Positions 1 through 8,254 of a stretch of DNA of 64,000 bases are shown piece by piece (the first letter of the stretch is position 1; every line of letters starts with the position of its first letter). The notes beneath the pieces were generated by a model that saw only the letters and a list, made by a program, of their open reading frames with translations, was not told the origin of the DNA and did not search any database. This DNA is from Alphaproteobacteria bacterium. Its GTDB lineage: Bacteria; Pseudomonadota; Alphaproteobacteria; Rhizobiales; Hyphomicrobiaceae. Position numbers and translations under genes: made by a program. The stretch is from assembly GCA_018830445.1 (NCBI GenBank), contig JAHJSN010000036.1, positions 2,096-66,095 on the forward strand, in the 5' to 3' direction.

Positions 1-209
1 CCGGTTCCGGTGCCCTTGGGGCAGCCGGTCTGCGCCATGAAGCCGTCTATCACGCGATGGAAGACGATGCCGTCGTAGAAACCTTCGCGGGCAAGCTTCT
101 TGATGCGCTCGACGTGCTTGGGTGCGAGGTCAGGGCGCATCTCGATCACGACGCGGCCCTTGGTGGTTTCGATGACGAGGGTGTTCTCGGGATCCTTGTA
201 GTCGGCCAT
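1..209 (-). CDS. ppiB: Cyclophilin-type peptidyl-prolyl cis-trans isomerase, cytoplasmic form (partial; C-terminus lies beyond the window start)
   Basis: Reverse translation from the ATG at 209 reads MADYKDPENTLVIETTKGRVVIEMRPDLAPKHVERIKKLAREGFYDGIVFHRVIDGFMAQTGCPKGTGTG, the cyclophilin core. It is absent from the ORF track because there is no stop in the window. Confidence 0.85.
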   Translation of the reverse strand, partial: MADYKDPENTLVIETTKGRVVIEMRPDLAPKHVERIKKLAREGFYDGIVFHRVIDGFMAQTGCPKGTGT

Positions 210-258
210 TCGGGCTTCTCCTTGTCGGTTTCAAAGGGCGGTCGGGTGGCCCGGGATT

Positions 259-870
259 TCAGGACTTGGCATCGGCCAGGACATAGACCTTGAGCATCTT
301 GTCGGGATCGTCGACCTGGCCATTGTTCGAGGCCGAACCCTTCTTTACGGCATCGATGTGCTGCATGCCCTCGGTCACCCTGCCGAACACGGTGTACTGG
401 CCGTTGAGGTGCGGGGTGCGGGTGAAGGTGATGAAGAATTGCGAGTTGGCCGAATCCGGGCTTTGGCTGCGGGCGGCACCAAGTGTCCCGCGCTCGAAGG
501 GCTCGGGGCTGAATTCGGCTTTCAGGTCGGGATACTTCGAACCGCCGGTGCCAGTGCCGGTGGGATCGCCCGTCTGGGCCATGAAGCCTGGGATGACACG
601 ATGGAAAACGACGCCATTGTAGAAACCCTCGCGCGCCAGCTGCTTGATGCGATCAACGTGGTTGGGCGCGACATCGGGGCGGAGCGCGACCAGAACCTTG
701 CCGTGCTTGGTTTCGATGACCAGCGTATTTTCCGGGTCGTTGGCGGCAACAGGGCTCGATGAAGCCTCAGGCGAACCATTCGTATCCTGTGAGATCTGAG
801 GCTCGTTGGCGCAGGACGCCAAACCCAGCGTCAGGGCGAAAGCTAGGAAGTGAAGTGCGGTGCGCAACAC
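259..870 (-). CDS. ppiA: Cyclophilin-type peptidyl-prolyl isomerase, exported or lipoprotein form
   Basis: ORF 259..996 contains VVFHRVIPGFMAQTGDPTGTGTGGS and SQFFITF. A LTLGLASC lipobox follows the proposed GTG start at 870, which lies 7 nt after AGGAGG. The part of the ORF upstream of 870 looks non-coding. Confidence 0.85.
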   Translation of the reverse strand: MLRTALHFLAFALTLGLASCANEPQISQDTNGSPEASSSPVAANDPENTLVIETKHGKVLVALRPDVAPNHVDRIKQLAREGFYNGVVFHRVIPGFMAQTGDPTGTGTGGSKYPDLKAEFSPEPFERGTLGAARSQSPDSANSQFFITFTRTPHLNGQYTVFGRVTEGMQHIDAVKKGSASNNGQVDDPDKMLKVYVLADAKS

Positions 871-992
871 GTGCGGGCCTCCTAGAGGTGGCTGATCGAC
901 TGATGAGGCGATAAATGCCCGCGCCTTATGACCGGAATCCGGCCGCGCAGCAAGTCGGGGCGGGAATTGATACTGGAAACGAGGGCAGGCGA

Positions 993-2090
993 TCAATTGG
1001 CAAAGCGGAAGTGCATGACGTCACCGTCCTTTACGACGTATTCCTTGCCTTCGAGGCGCATTTTACCGGCTTCCTTGGCGCCGTTTTCGCCGCCGAGCGT
1101 CACGTAGTCATCGTAGGCGATGGTTTCAGCGCGGATGAAGCCCTTTTCGAAGTCGGTGTGGATGACGCCGGCGGCCTGCGGGGCCTTGGTGCCCTTCTCG
1201 ATGGTCCAGGCGCGGGCTTCCTTGGGACCGACGGTGAAATATGTGACCAGGTCGAGCAGCGTGTATCCAGCGCGGATCAAGCGGTTGAGACCGGGTTCCT
1301 CGAGGCCCATCTCGGCAAGAAATGCCTTGCGCTCTTCGTCGTCGAGACCGGAAAGCTCGGATTCGATCTTGGCTGAGATGACGACATACTCGGCGCCTTC
1401 GGTGGCCGCCCGTTCGGATACCGTGCGGGAGAAAGCGTTACCTTCGCCGGCTGATGCCTCATCGACGTTGCAAACGTAGAGTACCGGCTTCGCAGTCAGG
1501 AGCTGCAGCAAATCGAAGGTCTTGCGTTCATCGTCACAGATTTCTGCCTGGCGCGCGGGTTTGCCGTCGCGAAGCAAGGGCAGGACCTTGTCGATGACGG
1601 TCATCGTCGTTTTCGACTCCTTGTCGCCGCCCTTGGCTTTCTTCTCCAGTGACGTGCGGCGGCGTTCCAGTGAATCAAGGTCGGCAAGCATCAGTTCGGT
1701 TTCGACGGTGTCAGCGTCGGCGACAGGGTCGATACGGCCCTCGACGTGGGTGATGTCGGTGTCCTCGAAGCAGCGAAGAACGTAGGCGATCGCGTCGACT
1801 TCGCGGATGTGGGAGAGAAACTGGTTGCCGAGACCTTCGCCCTGGGATGCGCCGCGGACCAGACCGGCGATGTCGACGAAGGTGAGCCGGGTCGGGATGA
1901 TGGTCTTCGACTTGGCAATTGCGGCGAGTTTTTCGAGGCGTTCGTCGGGAACGCCGACTTCGCCGACATTGGGTTCGATGGTGCAGAAGGGGTAGTTGGC
2001 CGCCTCGGCCGCCGCCGTCTGCGTCAGAGCATTGAAGAGTGTCGATTTGCCGACGTTCGGCAGACCGACGATGCCGCATTTGAAGCCCAT
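993..2090 (-). CDS. ychF: Ribosome-binding ATPase YchF (Obg-family GTPase fold)
   Basis: MGFKCGIVGLPNVGKSTLFNALT P-loop and a C-terminal TGS-like ...EGKEYVVKDGDVMHFRFA. The start was moved to the internal ATG at 2090 (MGFKCG). Confidence 0.95.
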   Translation of the reverse strand: MGFKCGIVGLPNVGKSTLFNALTQTAAAEAANYPFCTIEPNVGEVGVPDERLEKLAAIAKSKTIIPTRLTFVDIAGLVRGASQGEGLGNQFLSHIREVDAIAYVLRCFEDTDITHVEGRIDPVADADTVETELMLADLDSLERRRTSLEKKAKGGDKESKTTMTVIDKVLPLLRDGKPARQAEICDDERKTFDLLQLLTAKPVLYVCNVDEASAGEGNAFSRTVSERAATEGAEYVVISAKIESELSGLDDEERKAFLAEMGLEEPGLNRLIRAGYTLLDLVTYFTVGPKEARAWTIEKGTKAPQAAGVIHTDFEKGFIRAETIAYDDYVTLGGENGAKEAGKMRLEGKEYVVKDGDVMHFRFAN

Positions 2091-2212
2091 GGCAGGCAGT
2101 ATCCTTGTCGTTCTTGGATGATTTCGAGTTGAGCTACAATGGCTGGCTCGGCGGGACAATCGACAAACCGGCGCATTGGGGAGGCGCCGCAAGACGGGCG
2201 GGCTGGTGCATA

Positions 2213-2995
2213 TCAGCCATCGTCCTTGTTGCCGCTATCTTTCGCGGCCCTGCTTTGCATCCACTTGCGCAGGTTTTCGGCTATCGCGTTCTGGCGCTTG
2301 GCGATTTGATCGCCTGCGGGATGACCGCCGGTATTGCGGGAGCGCTTCGGTTTTGTTGCAGAGGGGCCATCGCCGGCGTCCTGGCTTCGGCCCCTACGTT
2401 CGGGCTTCTGGCGGTCGGGTTCGTCGCCTTGGCCGAGCCTGCGGGCAACGGCGGCGGTAAACTTCGCCAGATCGCCTTCGGCCATCGGGCCGGCGCTTTC
2501 GGCAATGGCATCAAGCAGAGGTTCGAGCCATTCATAGTCGGAACGGGCGAAATCATGCAGAACGTAGCCTGCGACCAGTTCCTTGGATCCGGGATGGCCG
2601 ACGCCGATGCGGATGCGGGTGTAGTCGTTGTCGATATGGGCCGAAATGGAGCGCAGGCCGTTGTGGCCGGCGTTGCCGCCGCCGAGTTTGGCCTTGAGCT
2701 TGCCGGGCGCAAGGTCGATTTCGTCGTAAAGAACGATGACGTCGTCGTCATCGATCTTGAGAAAGCGAGCGGCTTCGCCGACGGACTGTCCCGATTCATT
2801 CATGTAGGTCTGCGGCTTCAGGACAACGACGCGCTCGGCGCCGATGCGACCCTCCGCGACGAGGCCCTGGAAGCGGCGCCGGAACGGGCCGATTTCGTGC
2901 CGCTCGGCGATCCGGTCAACCGCCATGAAACCCACGTTGTGGCGATTGCGCTCGTATTTCTGGCCGGGATTGCCAAGGCCGACAATCAGCTTCAT
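2213..2995 (-). CDS. pth: Peptidyl-tRNA hydrolase with a basic C-terminal tail
   Basis: [23 protein letters not shown]..., [13 protein letters not shown] and RIRIGVGHP are Pth signatures. Confidence 0.95.
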   Translation of the reverse strand: MKLIVGLGNPGQKYERNRHNVGFMAVDRIAERHEIGPFRRRFQGLVAEGRIGAERVVVLKPQTYMNESGQSVGEAARFLKIDDDDVIVLYDEIDLAPGKLKAKLGGGNAGHNGLRSISAHIDNDYTRIRIGVGHPGSKELVAGYVLHDFARSDYEWLEPLLDAIAESAGPMAEGDLAKFTAAVARRLGQGDEPDRQKPERRGRSQDAGDGPSATKPKRSRNTGGHPAGDQIAKRQNAIAENLRKWMQSRAAKDSGNKDDG

Positions 2996-3100
2996 GGCGT
3001 ATCCTTTCTAAGTAAAACGGCCGCCCCAGCCGGTTCAATCGACTGAGACGGCCGGTCATGCAGCAGGGCGGGGACTTTGAGATCCTATCCGCGCGCCTGA

Positions 3101-3736
3101 CTAATCCGCGCCTTTTTCCTTGTCGGCCTCGGCGCCGTCGCCTTCGGCATCGTCAGCACCGCCAGCCGGGCCTCTGCCGACAACGGTCGCGATGGTGAAG
3201 TCGCGGTCGTCGATGACAGGAACGACGCCTTCAGGCATGGCAACTGACGAGACGTGGATGGATTCGCCGATCTCCACCTTGGCAAGGTCGATCTCGAAGA
3301 CATCGGGGATGTTGGCCGGCGGCGCCCAGACTTCAAGGTCGTGGCGAACGATGTTGAGGACGCCGCCGCGCTTCAGGCCGGGGCAGGAGCCTTCGTTCTT
3401 GAACTTGACAGGGATGTGGACGCGGACACGGTCGCCTTCGGCGATGCGCAGGAAGTCGATGTGAACGGGTGTGTCCTTGACGGGATGAACCTGCACGTCG
3501 CGGGAGACGACGAGTTGTTCCTTGCCGTTCACTTTCAGCCGGATGACCTTGGCGCCGAATTGGCCCTTCAGGTACATCTTCCAGACTTCGTTGTAATCCA
3601 GGGAAATCGGTTCTGGTGGCTGTTTGGCGCCGTAGATTACGGCGGGAACCCGGCCTTCGCGGCGGACTTGGCGTGCGGCCCCCTTACCGACACGTTCGCG
3701 CGCGGCGGCTTCGAGCTCGATTGTCTCGGTTGCCAT
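3101..3736 (-). CDS. rplY: 50S ribosomal protein L25 / general stress protein Ctc
   Basis: GKGAARQVRREGRVPAVIYG... with an acidic C-terminal tail. The ATG at 3736 is preceded by GGAGAA. It sits in the conserved pth-rplY-prs neighbourhood. Confidence 0.9.
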   Translation of the reverse strand: MATETIELEAAARERVGKGAARQVRREGRVPAVIYGAKQPPEPISLDYNEVWKMYLKGQFGAKVIRLKVNGKEQLVVSRDVQVHPVKDTPVHIDFLRIAEGDRVRVHIPVKFKNEGSCPGLKRGGVLNIVRHDLEVWAPPANIPDVFEIDLAKVEIGESIHVSSVAMPEGVVPVIDDRDFTIATVVGRGPAGGADDAEGDGAEADKEKGAD

Positions 3737-3907
3737 TTGTCGCTTCTCCATTAAACAAGACAAGGGACCCGCCGTCCGGTGGGTCCCGCAAATGCTTCGC
3801 GCTCCGGCCTCCAAGGGTGCCGGCTGGCGCGCTCACGCTCATGTCAGGTGAGGCGAACGCTTATAGCTGCGTCCGTCCTGATTGGCAACGGGCCGGGATA
3901 AAAGGCG

Positions 3908-4897
3908 TCAATCGGAGCCGAACAGACCTGAAACGCTCTTCTCGCGGAAGGTTCTCAGGATCGCCTTTGCCAGCAGCGGGGCAATCGGCAGGATGTCGAT
4001 GTTGCGGGCGGCCCGGACGGCGTCCGTCGGCAAAATGGTGTCGGTGATGTACAGCGAGGAGATCTGCGAATTGCGGATCTTGGTGACTGCTCCGCCGGAA
4101 AGCACCCCGTGGGTGATGTAGGCATGGACGTCGATGGCGCCGCCTTGCATCAAGGCGTCGGCCGCGCTGACCAGGGTTCCGCCGGAATCGACGATATCGT
4201 CGAGGAGGATGCAGCGTTTGCCGGTCACTTCGCCGATGACGCTCATGACACTCGACTTGCCGGGGGCCTCGCGCCATTTGTTGCAGATGGCTATTGGAAC
4301 TTCCAGCCGATTGGCCAACTCGCGGGCGCGCACGACGCCGCCGGCGTCCGGGGACACCACCATCAAATTGTCCGTAGGGAAGCGGCTCTTGATGTCCCTG
4401 ACGATGACGGGCGCGGCATAAAGGTTGTCGGTCGGGATGTCGAAGAACCCCTGGATCTGGCCGGCGTGAAGATCAAGGGTGAGAACACGGTCCGCGCCGG
4501 CGCGTTCGATCAGGTTGGCGACCAGCTTGGCGGTAATCGGCGTGCGCGGCTTGGGTTTACGGTCCTGCCGGGCGTAGCCGAAATAGGGAATGACGGCGGT
4601 AATGCGAGCTGCGGAGGCGCGCTTCAAACAGTCGATCAGGACGAGAAGTTCCATCAGGTTGTCGTTTGCCGGGAACGACGTCGACTGGATGATGAAGCAG
4701 TGCTGTCCGCGGACGTTCTCGTGGATCTCGACGAAGACTTCCTTGTCGGCGAAGGTCTCGACGTGACTTGCGGTCAATGGAACGTGGAGGAGTTCGCTGA
4801 TCGCGGCTGCCAGCGGTCGATTGCTGTTGCCGGCCACGAGTTTGAGGTCTGGCGGCGGATTGACTGAATCCTCGCCATCAAAGGCATCGAAAGACAT
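3908..4897 (-). CDS. prs: Ribose-phosphate pyrophosphokinase
   Basis: KLVAGNSN..., [23 protein letters not shown] and the PRPP loop [12 protein letters not shown]. Confidence 0.95.
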   Translation of the reverse strand: MSFDAFDGEDSVNPPPDLKLVAGNSNRPLAAAISELLHVPLTASHVETFADKEVFVEIHENVRGQHCFIIQSTSFPANDNLMELLVLIDCLKRASAARITAVIPYFGYARQDRKPKPRTPITAKLVANLIERAGADRVLTLDLHAGQIQGFFDIPTDNLYAAPVIVRDIKSRFPTDNLMVVSPDAGGVVRARELANRLEVPIAICNKWREAPGKSSVMSVIGEVTGKRCILLDDIVDSGGTLVSAADALMQGGAIDVHAYITHGVLSGGAVTKIRNSQISSLYITDTILPTDAVRAARNIDILPIAPLLAKAILRTFREKSVSGLFGSD

Positions 4898-5110
4898 ACG
4901 CGCACCCTCTTCGCGTCACTTGGATGACAGGTCTGTAACAAGGTCGGCAGCGCGGTGTAAACAGCACTTGTTGCCATTGCGTCCAACAAAACTCTTTCGC
5001 GGTTCGAATGAACCGCGGACAGAGGCGGCCAAAACGAAGCCCGGCGGGACCCTGTCCTCGCCGGGCTCAACTCATGCGTCGTATCGCTGCGGGTCGCGAA
5101 CGAACGACGG

Positions 5111-6187
5111 TCAGTTGGTTTTCGTCGCTCCCGCGTTGTCGGGCAGCAGCTTCAGGATGCCCTGGGCCGCGGCGGCAGCAGCAGCGTCGGCGGTCTTGCC
5201 CCAAGGCCCATCCAGTGAGCCGGCCTGGATCGCATTCTTCTGGGATACCGTGCCGAGCTTCTTGCCGGCCGGGTCTTTGACGTCCCAGTCGATGTTGATC
5301 TCCTGCTGGCCCGCGGCTGCGGCCTGGCGCAGCGCAACGCGTCCCTCGATACGGTAGGACTTCGGCGTTGGAGCGCCTGCAAGGGCAACTCCGTTGCGCG
5401 AGAGTTCGGTGCGAATAGCCTTGGTCAACGAAATGGTGCCGTCGCCGGGCGCGCCGGTGACACTCGGCACGATCGCGAGGACGCCGTTTTCAATGCTGCC
5501 TGTCACCGTTCCATTGGGCACAGTCGCGCGTGCCTGCTGGATCTGGTTGTTCACCGCCCCTTGGGCGACGGCTGGGGCCGCAGCAGAGCCGGCGGGAACC
5601 ATATTGGCGATGGCCGGGGCGGCAGAGGTTGCCGGAGGCAGCCAGGACGCGAGTTGCGTTGCGGTTTTTTCCGAAATCGCACTCATGACGCCCGGATCCA
5701 CCGAAGACCACGGGTCCGGGCTGGTGCCGGCCGGGGTGATCTCCTCGCCGCTAATGCGGTTGACCCGCTTGCCGACCGGGTCGGTTACATCCCAGATGTA
5801 GGAGACCTTGGTCGAATTTTTCTCACGCGCCGATACGACGTAGCCGCGCAGGGTGTACTGCACGCCGGGTCCTTCAGCGACTGTGATGTTCCTTGTGCGC
5901 AGGGCGCTGGTCAGTTGCGTGCGCAGCTGTGAGGCGACCTGGTCGGGAGCGCCAATGACCGGTGCGATGGCGATCTTGGTGCCGCTCGCTGTCGTTGACT
6001 GGTCGAGAGTTGGCGCACTGGCACCTCCATCGCCGAGGATGGTAGGTCCGGTGGTGCTGCACCCTGTCAGTGCAATTCCGATTATGGCGGCGAGGCTCGT
6101 GAGCGTGATCGAAGTGCGCGCACGCCACGCCGCAGCTGCATTATTGGTCGTCACGACGACGTCCCCCTGTAATGACCCGCTGATCAT
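5111..6187 (-). CDS. Lipoprotein of unknown function with an internal duplication
   Basis: N-terminal hydrophobic segment ending in the lipobox ALTGCS. Two related halves are visible (...IAPVIGAP...YTLRGYVV...SYIWDVTDPVGKRV... and ...IVPSVTGAP...YRIEGRVAL...NIDWDVKDPAGKKL...). Confidence 0.6.
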   Translation of the reverse strand: MISGSLQGDVVVTTNNAAAAWRARTSITLTSLAAIIGIALTGCSTTGPTILGDGGASAPTLDQSTTASGTKIAIAPVIGAPDQVASQLRTQLTSALRTRNITVAEGPGVQYTLRGYVVSAREKNSTKVSYIWDVTDPVGKRVNRISGEEITPAGTSPDPWSSVDPGVMSAISEKTATQLASWLPPATSAAPAIANMVPAGSAAAPAVAQGAVNNQIQQARATVPNGTVTGSIENGVLAIVPSVTGAPGDGTISLTKAIRTELSRNGVALAGAPTPKSYRIEGRVALRQAAAAGQQEINIDWDVKDPAGKKLGTVSQKNAIQAGSLDGPWGKTADAAAAAAAQGILKLLPDNAGATKTN

Positions 6188-6357
6188 CCGGCGGCCGGCG
6201 TACTAACCTTGCGGCCTCAACAAGTTCTACGTCCGGTACTCGTTAGATTGCAGGTTTAGCTTGGTGTTGGTGGCCGCGTCCAGCCACTTTTGGTTGCAAG
6301 CCCTCGCAAGCTTAAGGCTGCCGGGGGGGTAGCGCCCCCGATCTGTGGATATTGCAT

Positions 6358-7338
6358 TTATGCAACGACAATGGCGGCTATTTGACGGCCGTAATCCTGC
6401 TCCCGACGATGGGTTGTACGGCGGAAGCTGAAAAATTTCGATTCGTTCTCATAGGTGCAGCAGACACTTGAGACGATGCTGGCAATTCCTTTGGTTTCCA
6501 GATCGGCAAGGATGAAGGCTGGCAGATCGAAGTGTGGTTTGCCGTCAGGATCAGCTGTTGTAAAAAAACGGCGAAAGTCGCGGTTGCTGGCTACCAGACT
6601 TTCCTGGAAGTCGGCGCCGACTTCGTAATTGGGTTGTGTGATGCAGGGGCCGAGCGCAGCATGGATGTTTTCGCGATGCGCGCCGAGTTCTTCCATGGCC
6701 GCGATCGCCGCGTCGAGAATTCCTGCTACCGCGCCGCGCCAGCCGGCATGGGCCGCAGCCACAACGCGCGCCTTGGGATCGGCCAGCAGAACGGGGCCGC
6801 AGTCGGCCGTCAGGATGCCGATGGCGAGACCGGGCGTGCGGGTGACGATGGCGTCGGCACGTATTTGCTGGCCAAAACTTCCTGAAGTCGTGTTGGGCGG
6901 CTTGCCTGAGCCAACACTTCCTGAAGTCGTGTTGGGCGACTTGCCTGAGCCAACACTTCCTGAAGTCGTGTTGGGCGACTTGCCTGAGCCAACACTTCCT
7001 GAAGTCGTGTTGGGCGACTTGCCTGAGCCAACACTTCCTGAAGTCGTGTTGGGCGGTTGTCCCGCAGGAAAGGGCGCTTCAGCGGGCAAGTGGGCTTCGA
7101 CGATCACGGCATCTGCGCTGTGTATCTGGTAGGGCGTGAGGACGGCCGGGTCGGTCGCGCCAAGGTAATTGGCGACGCGGGCGCGGTTCTGGAGGACGGC
7201 GTCGCGGTCGTCTTTGGAGCCCAACCCGCAGTTGAGACCTGCATAAATGCCCTCGGACACGCCGCCTGCACGGGTGAAGAAGCCGTGGCGGATGCCCGGG
7301 AGGTCGGCGAGATTGTCGGCCTCGATGGGAGATAGCAT
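6358..7338 (-). CDS. pgeF: PgeF/YfiH (DUF152) purine nucleoside phosphorylase / laccase-domain protein carrying an internal 13-aa tandem repeat insert
   Basis: GIRHGFFTR.GG.S...Y..LN, QIHS and DC.P....D......AAAHAGWRG are YfiH family motifs. The protein is about 65 aa longer than the compact core because of (PNTTSGSVGSGKS) x 4.6. Confidence 0.85.
   Translation of the reverse strand: MLSPIEADNLADLPGIRHGFFTRAGGVSEGIYAGLNCGLGSKDDRDAVLQNRARVANYLGATDPAVLTPYQIHSADAVIVEAHLPAEAPFPAGQPPNTTSGSVGSGKSPNTTSGSVGSGKSPNTTSGSVGSGKSPNTTSGSVGSGKPPNTTSGSFGQQIRADAIVTRTPGLAIGILTADCGPVLLADPKARVVAAAHAGWRGAVAGILDAAIAAMEELGAHRENIHAALGPCITQPNYEVGADFQESLVASNRDFRRFFTTADPDGKPHFDLPAFILADLETKGIASIVSSVCCTYENESKFFSFRRTTHRREQDYGRQIAAIVVA
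6877..7056. repeat. 39-bp perfect or near-perfect tandem repeat, 4.6 copies, in frame inside pgeF
   Basis: The unit ACTTCCTGAAGTCGTGTTGGGCG(G/A)CTTGCCTGAGCCAAC starts at 6877, 6916, 6955, 6994 and 7033 (last copy partial). Each junction forms the palindrome CCAACAC-N11-GTGTTGG. Confidence 0.97.
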
Positions 7339-7369
7339 GTCGGCTCCTCGGTAGCTTTCCAGTCAAGGT

Positions 7370-7540
7370 AGTGTTCTGGATCAAACATTTGATTCCCGGG
7401 TGGAGGTCGTCAAATGTTTGTGAATCCAGAACACAATCAAAAGGTTGCCTAGTGTTCCGGGCTGACATTGTTCCGGACTGACATGCAGGTTCCCGGCAGG
7501 GAACCATATGTCAGAGTCGGAACACTAGTGTTCTGGATCA
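7370..7540. repeat. Pair of long imperfect palindromic (REP/MITE-like) elements bracketed by a 14-nt direct repeat
   Basis: Hairpin 1 has arms 7371..7392 (GTGTTCTGGATCAAACATTTGA) and 7410..7434. Hairpin 2 has arms 7449..7468 (CTAGTGTTCCGGGCTGACAT) and 7508..7528, with an inner GGTTCCC/GGGAACC stem. AGTGTTCTGGATCA occurs at 7370 and 7527. GAACACTAGTGTTC is a palindrome at 7520..7533. Confidence 0.85.
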
Positions 7541-7667
7541 GGCGCTTGCCTCCGGTCAGATCGTCCGCACGGCTCGCATCGCGCCAATGATGCAGCTGGA
7601 TGAGCACCGCTAATGTTGCGCATCCCGGCAGCCGGCCCGAAATCAACGCATGGGAGTATTATGAGTC

Positions 7668-8078
7668 ATGGCCACCCCGACGAAAGAAACCCCCCGCTAC
7701 AATAACCCCTTCAGGTTCACGTTCCCCGGCCTCGACGGATCGGCGGTCGAGAATGGCGCCCAGGCCTACAAGGCATGGCTGCAATGCATGATGACCATGA
7801 GCGCCGAAACTACGAAATTCGTCACCAAACGGCTGCAGCGCGACGCCCAGCTTCCGCTCAACATCCTCCGGTGCCATACCCCGCAGGACGTCATGCAGGC
7901 GCAGGTTGAATTCCTCAGAACCATGGCAGAGGACTACACCAGCGAGGCCGATAGGTTAGGCCGGATCGTCTCCGAAAGCTTCCATTCGATAGATCGGCCG
8001 CCGGCGCTTGCCTGGCCGCAGCCCGTCGAAGAGGCTGTGGACGACCGTTCCACCAAGGAATCTCGCAAAGCCGCTTGA
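7668..8078 (+). CDS. Phasin-like (PHA granule-associated) small protein, tentative
   Basis: 136 aa, helical and Q/A/E-rich, with an N-terminal NNPFRFTFPGLDGSAVENGAQAYKAW resembling phasin_2-type N-termini. It lies near phaC. There is no enzyme motif. Confidence 0.45.
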   Translation: MATPTKETPRYNNPFRFTFPGLDGSAVENGAQAYKAWLQCMMTMSAETTKFVTKRLQRDAQLPLNILRCHTPQDVMQAQVEFLRTMAEDYTSEADRLGRIVSESFHSIDRPPALAWPQPVEEAVDDRSTKESRKAA

Positions 8079-8254
8079 ACTCGGGTCGCCCGCTTTCCAC
8101 AGCGGGCTACCCGCGGATCTAAGCGCATCCAGCACGGGTGGGAGGCGCCATGTCCGCGCGCGCATCGCGCCCAGCCAATTGCCGCACGTTGATCGATGTC
8201 AACGAATGGTGCCTTGAAACTGTCCACCGTCCCGCCATCAACGGTGGACAAATC

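Noticed and set aside
6190-6357. tRNA or small RNA gene in the lipoprotein-pgeF spacer
   Set aside because: No cloverleaf-compatible segments or T-loop (GTTCGAATC-like) sequence are present. There is only a short G/C hairpin (CGGGGGGG-tagc-GCCCCCG).
6877-7056. Possible CRISPR array
   Set aside because: The repeats are directly tandem with no unique spacers. They lie inside a coding gene and preserve its frame. No cas genes are present in the window.
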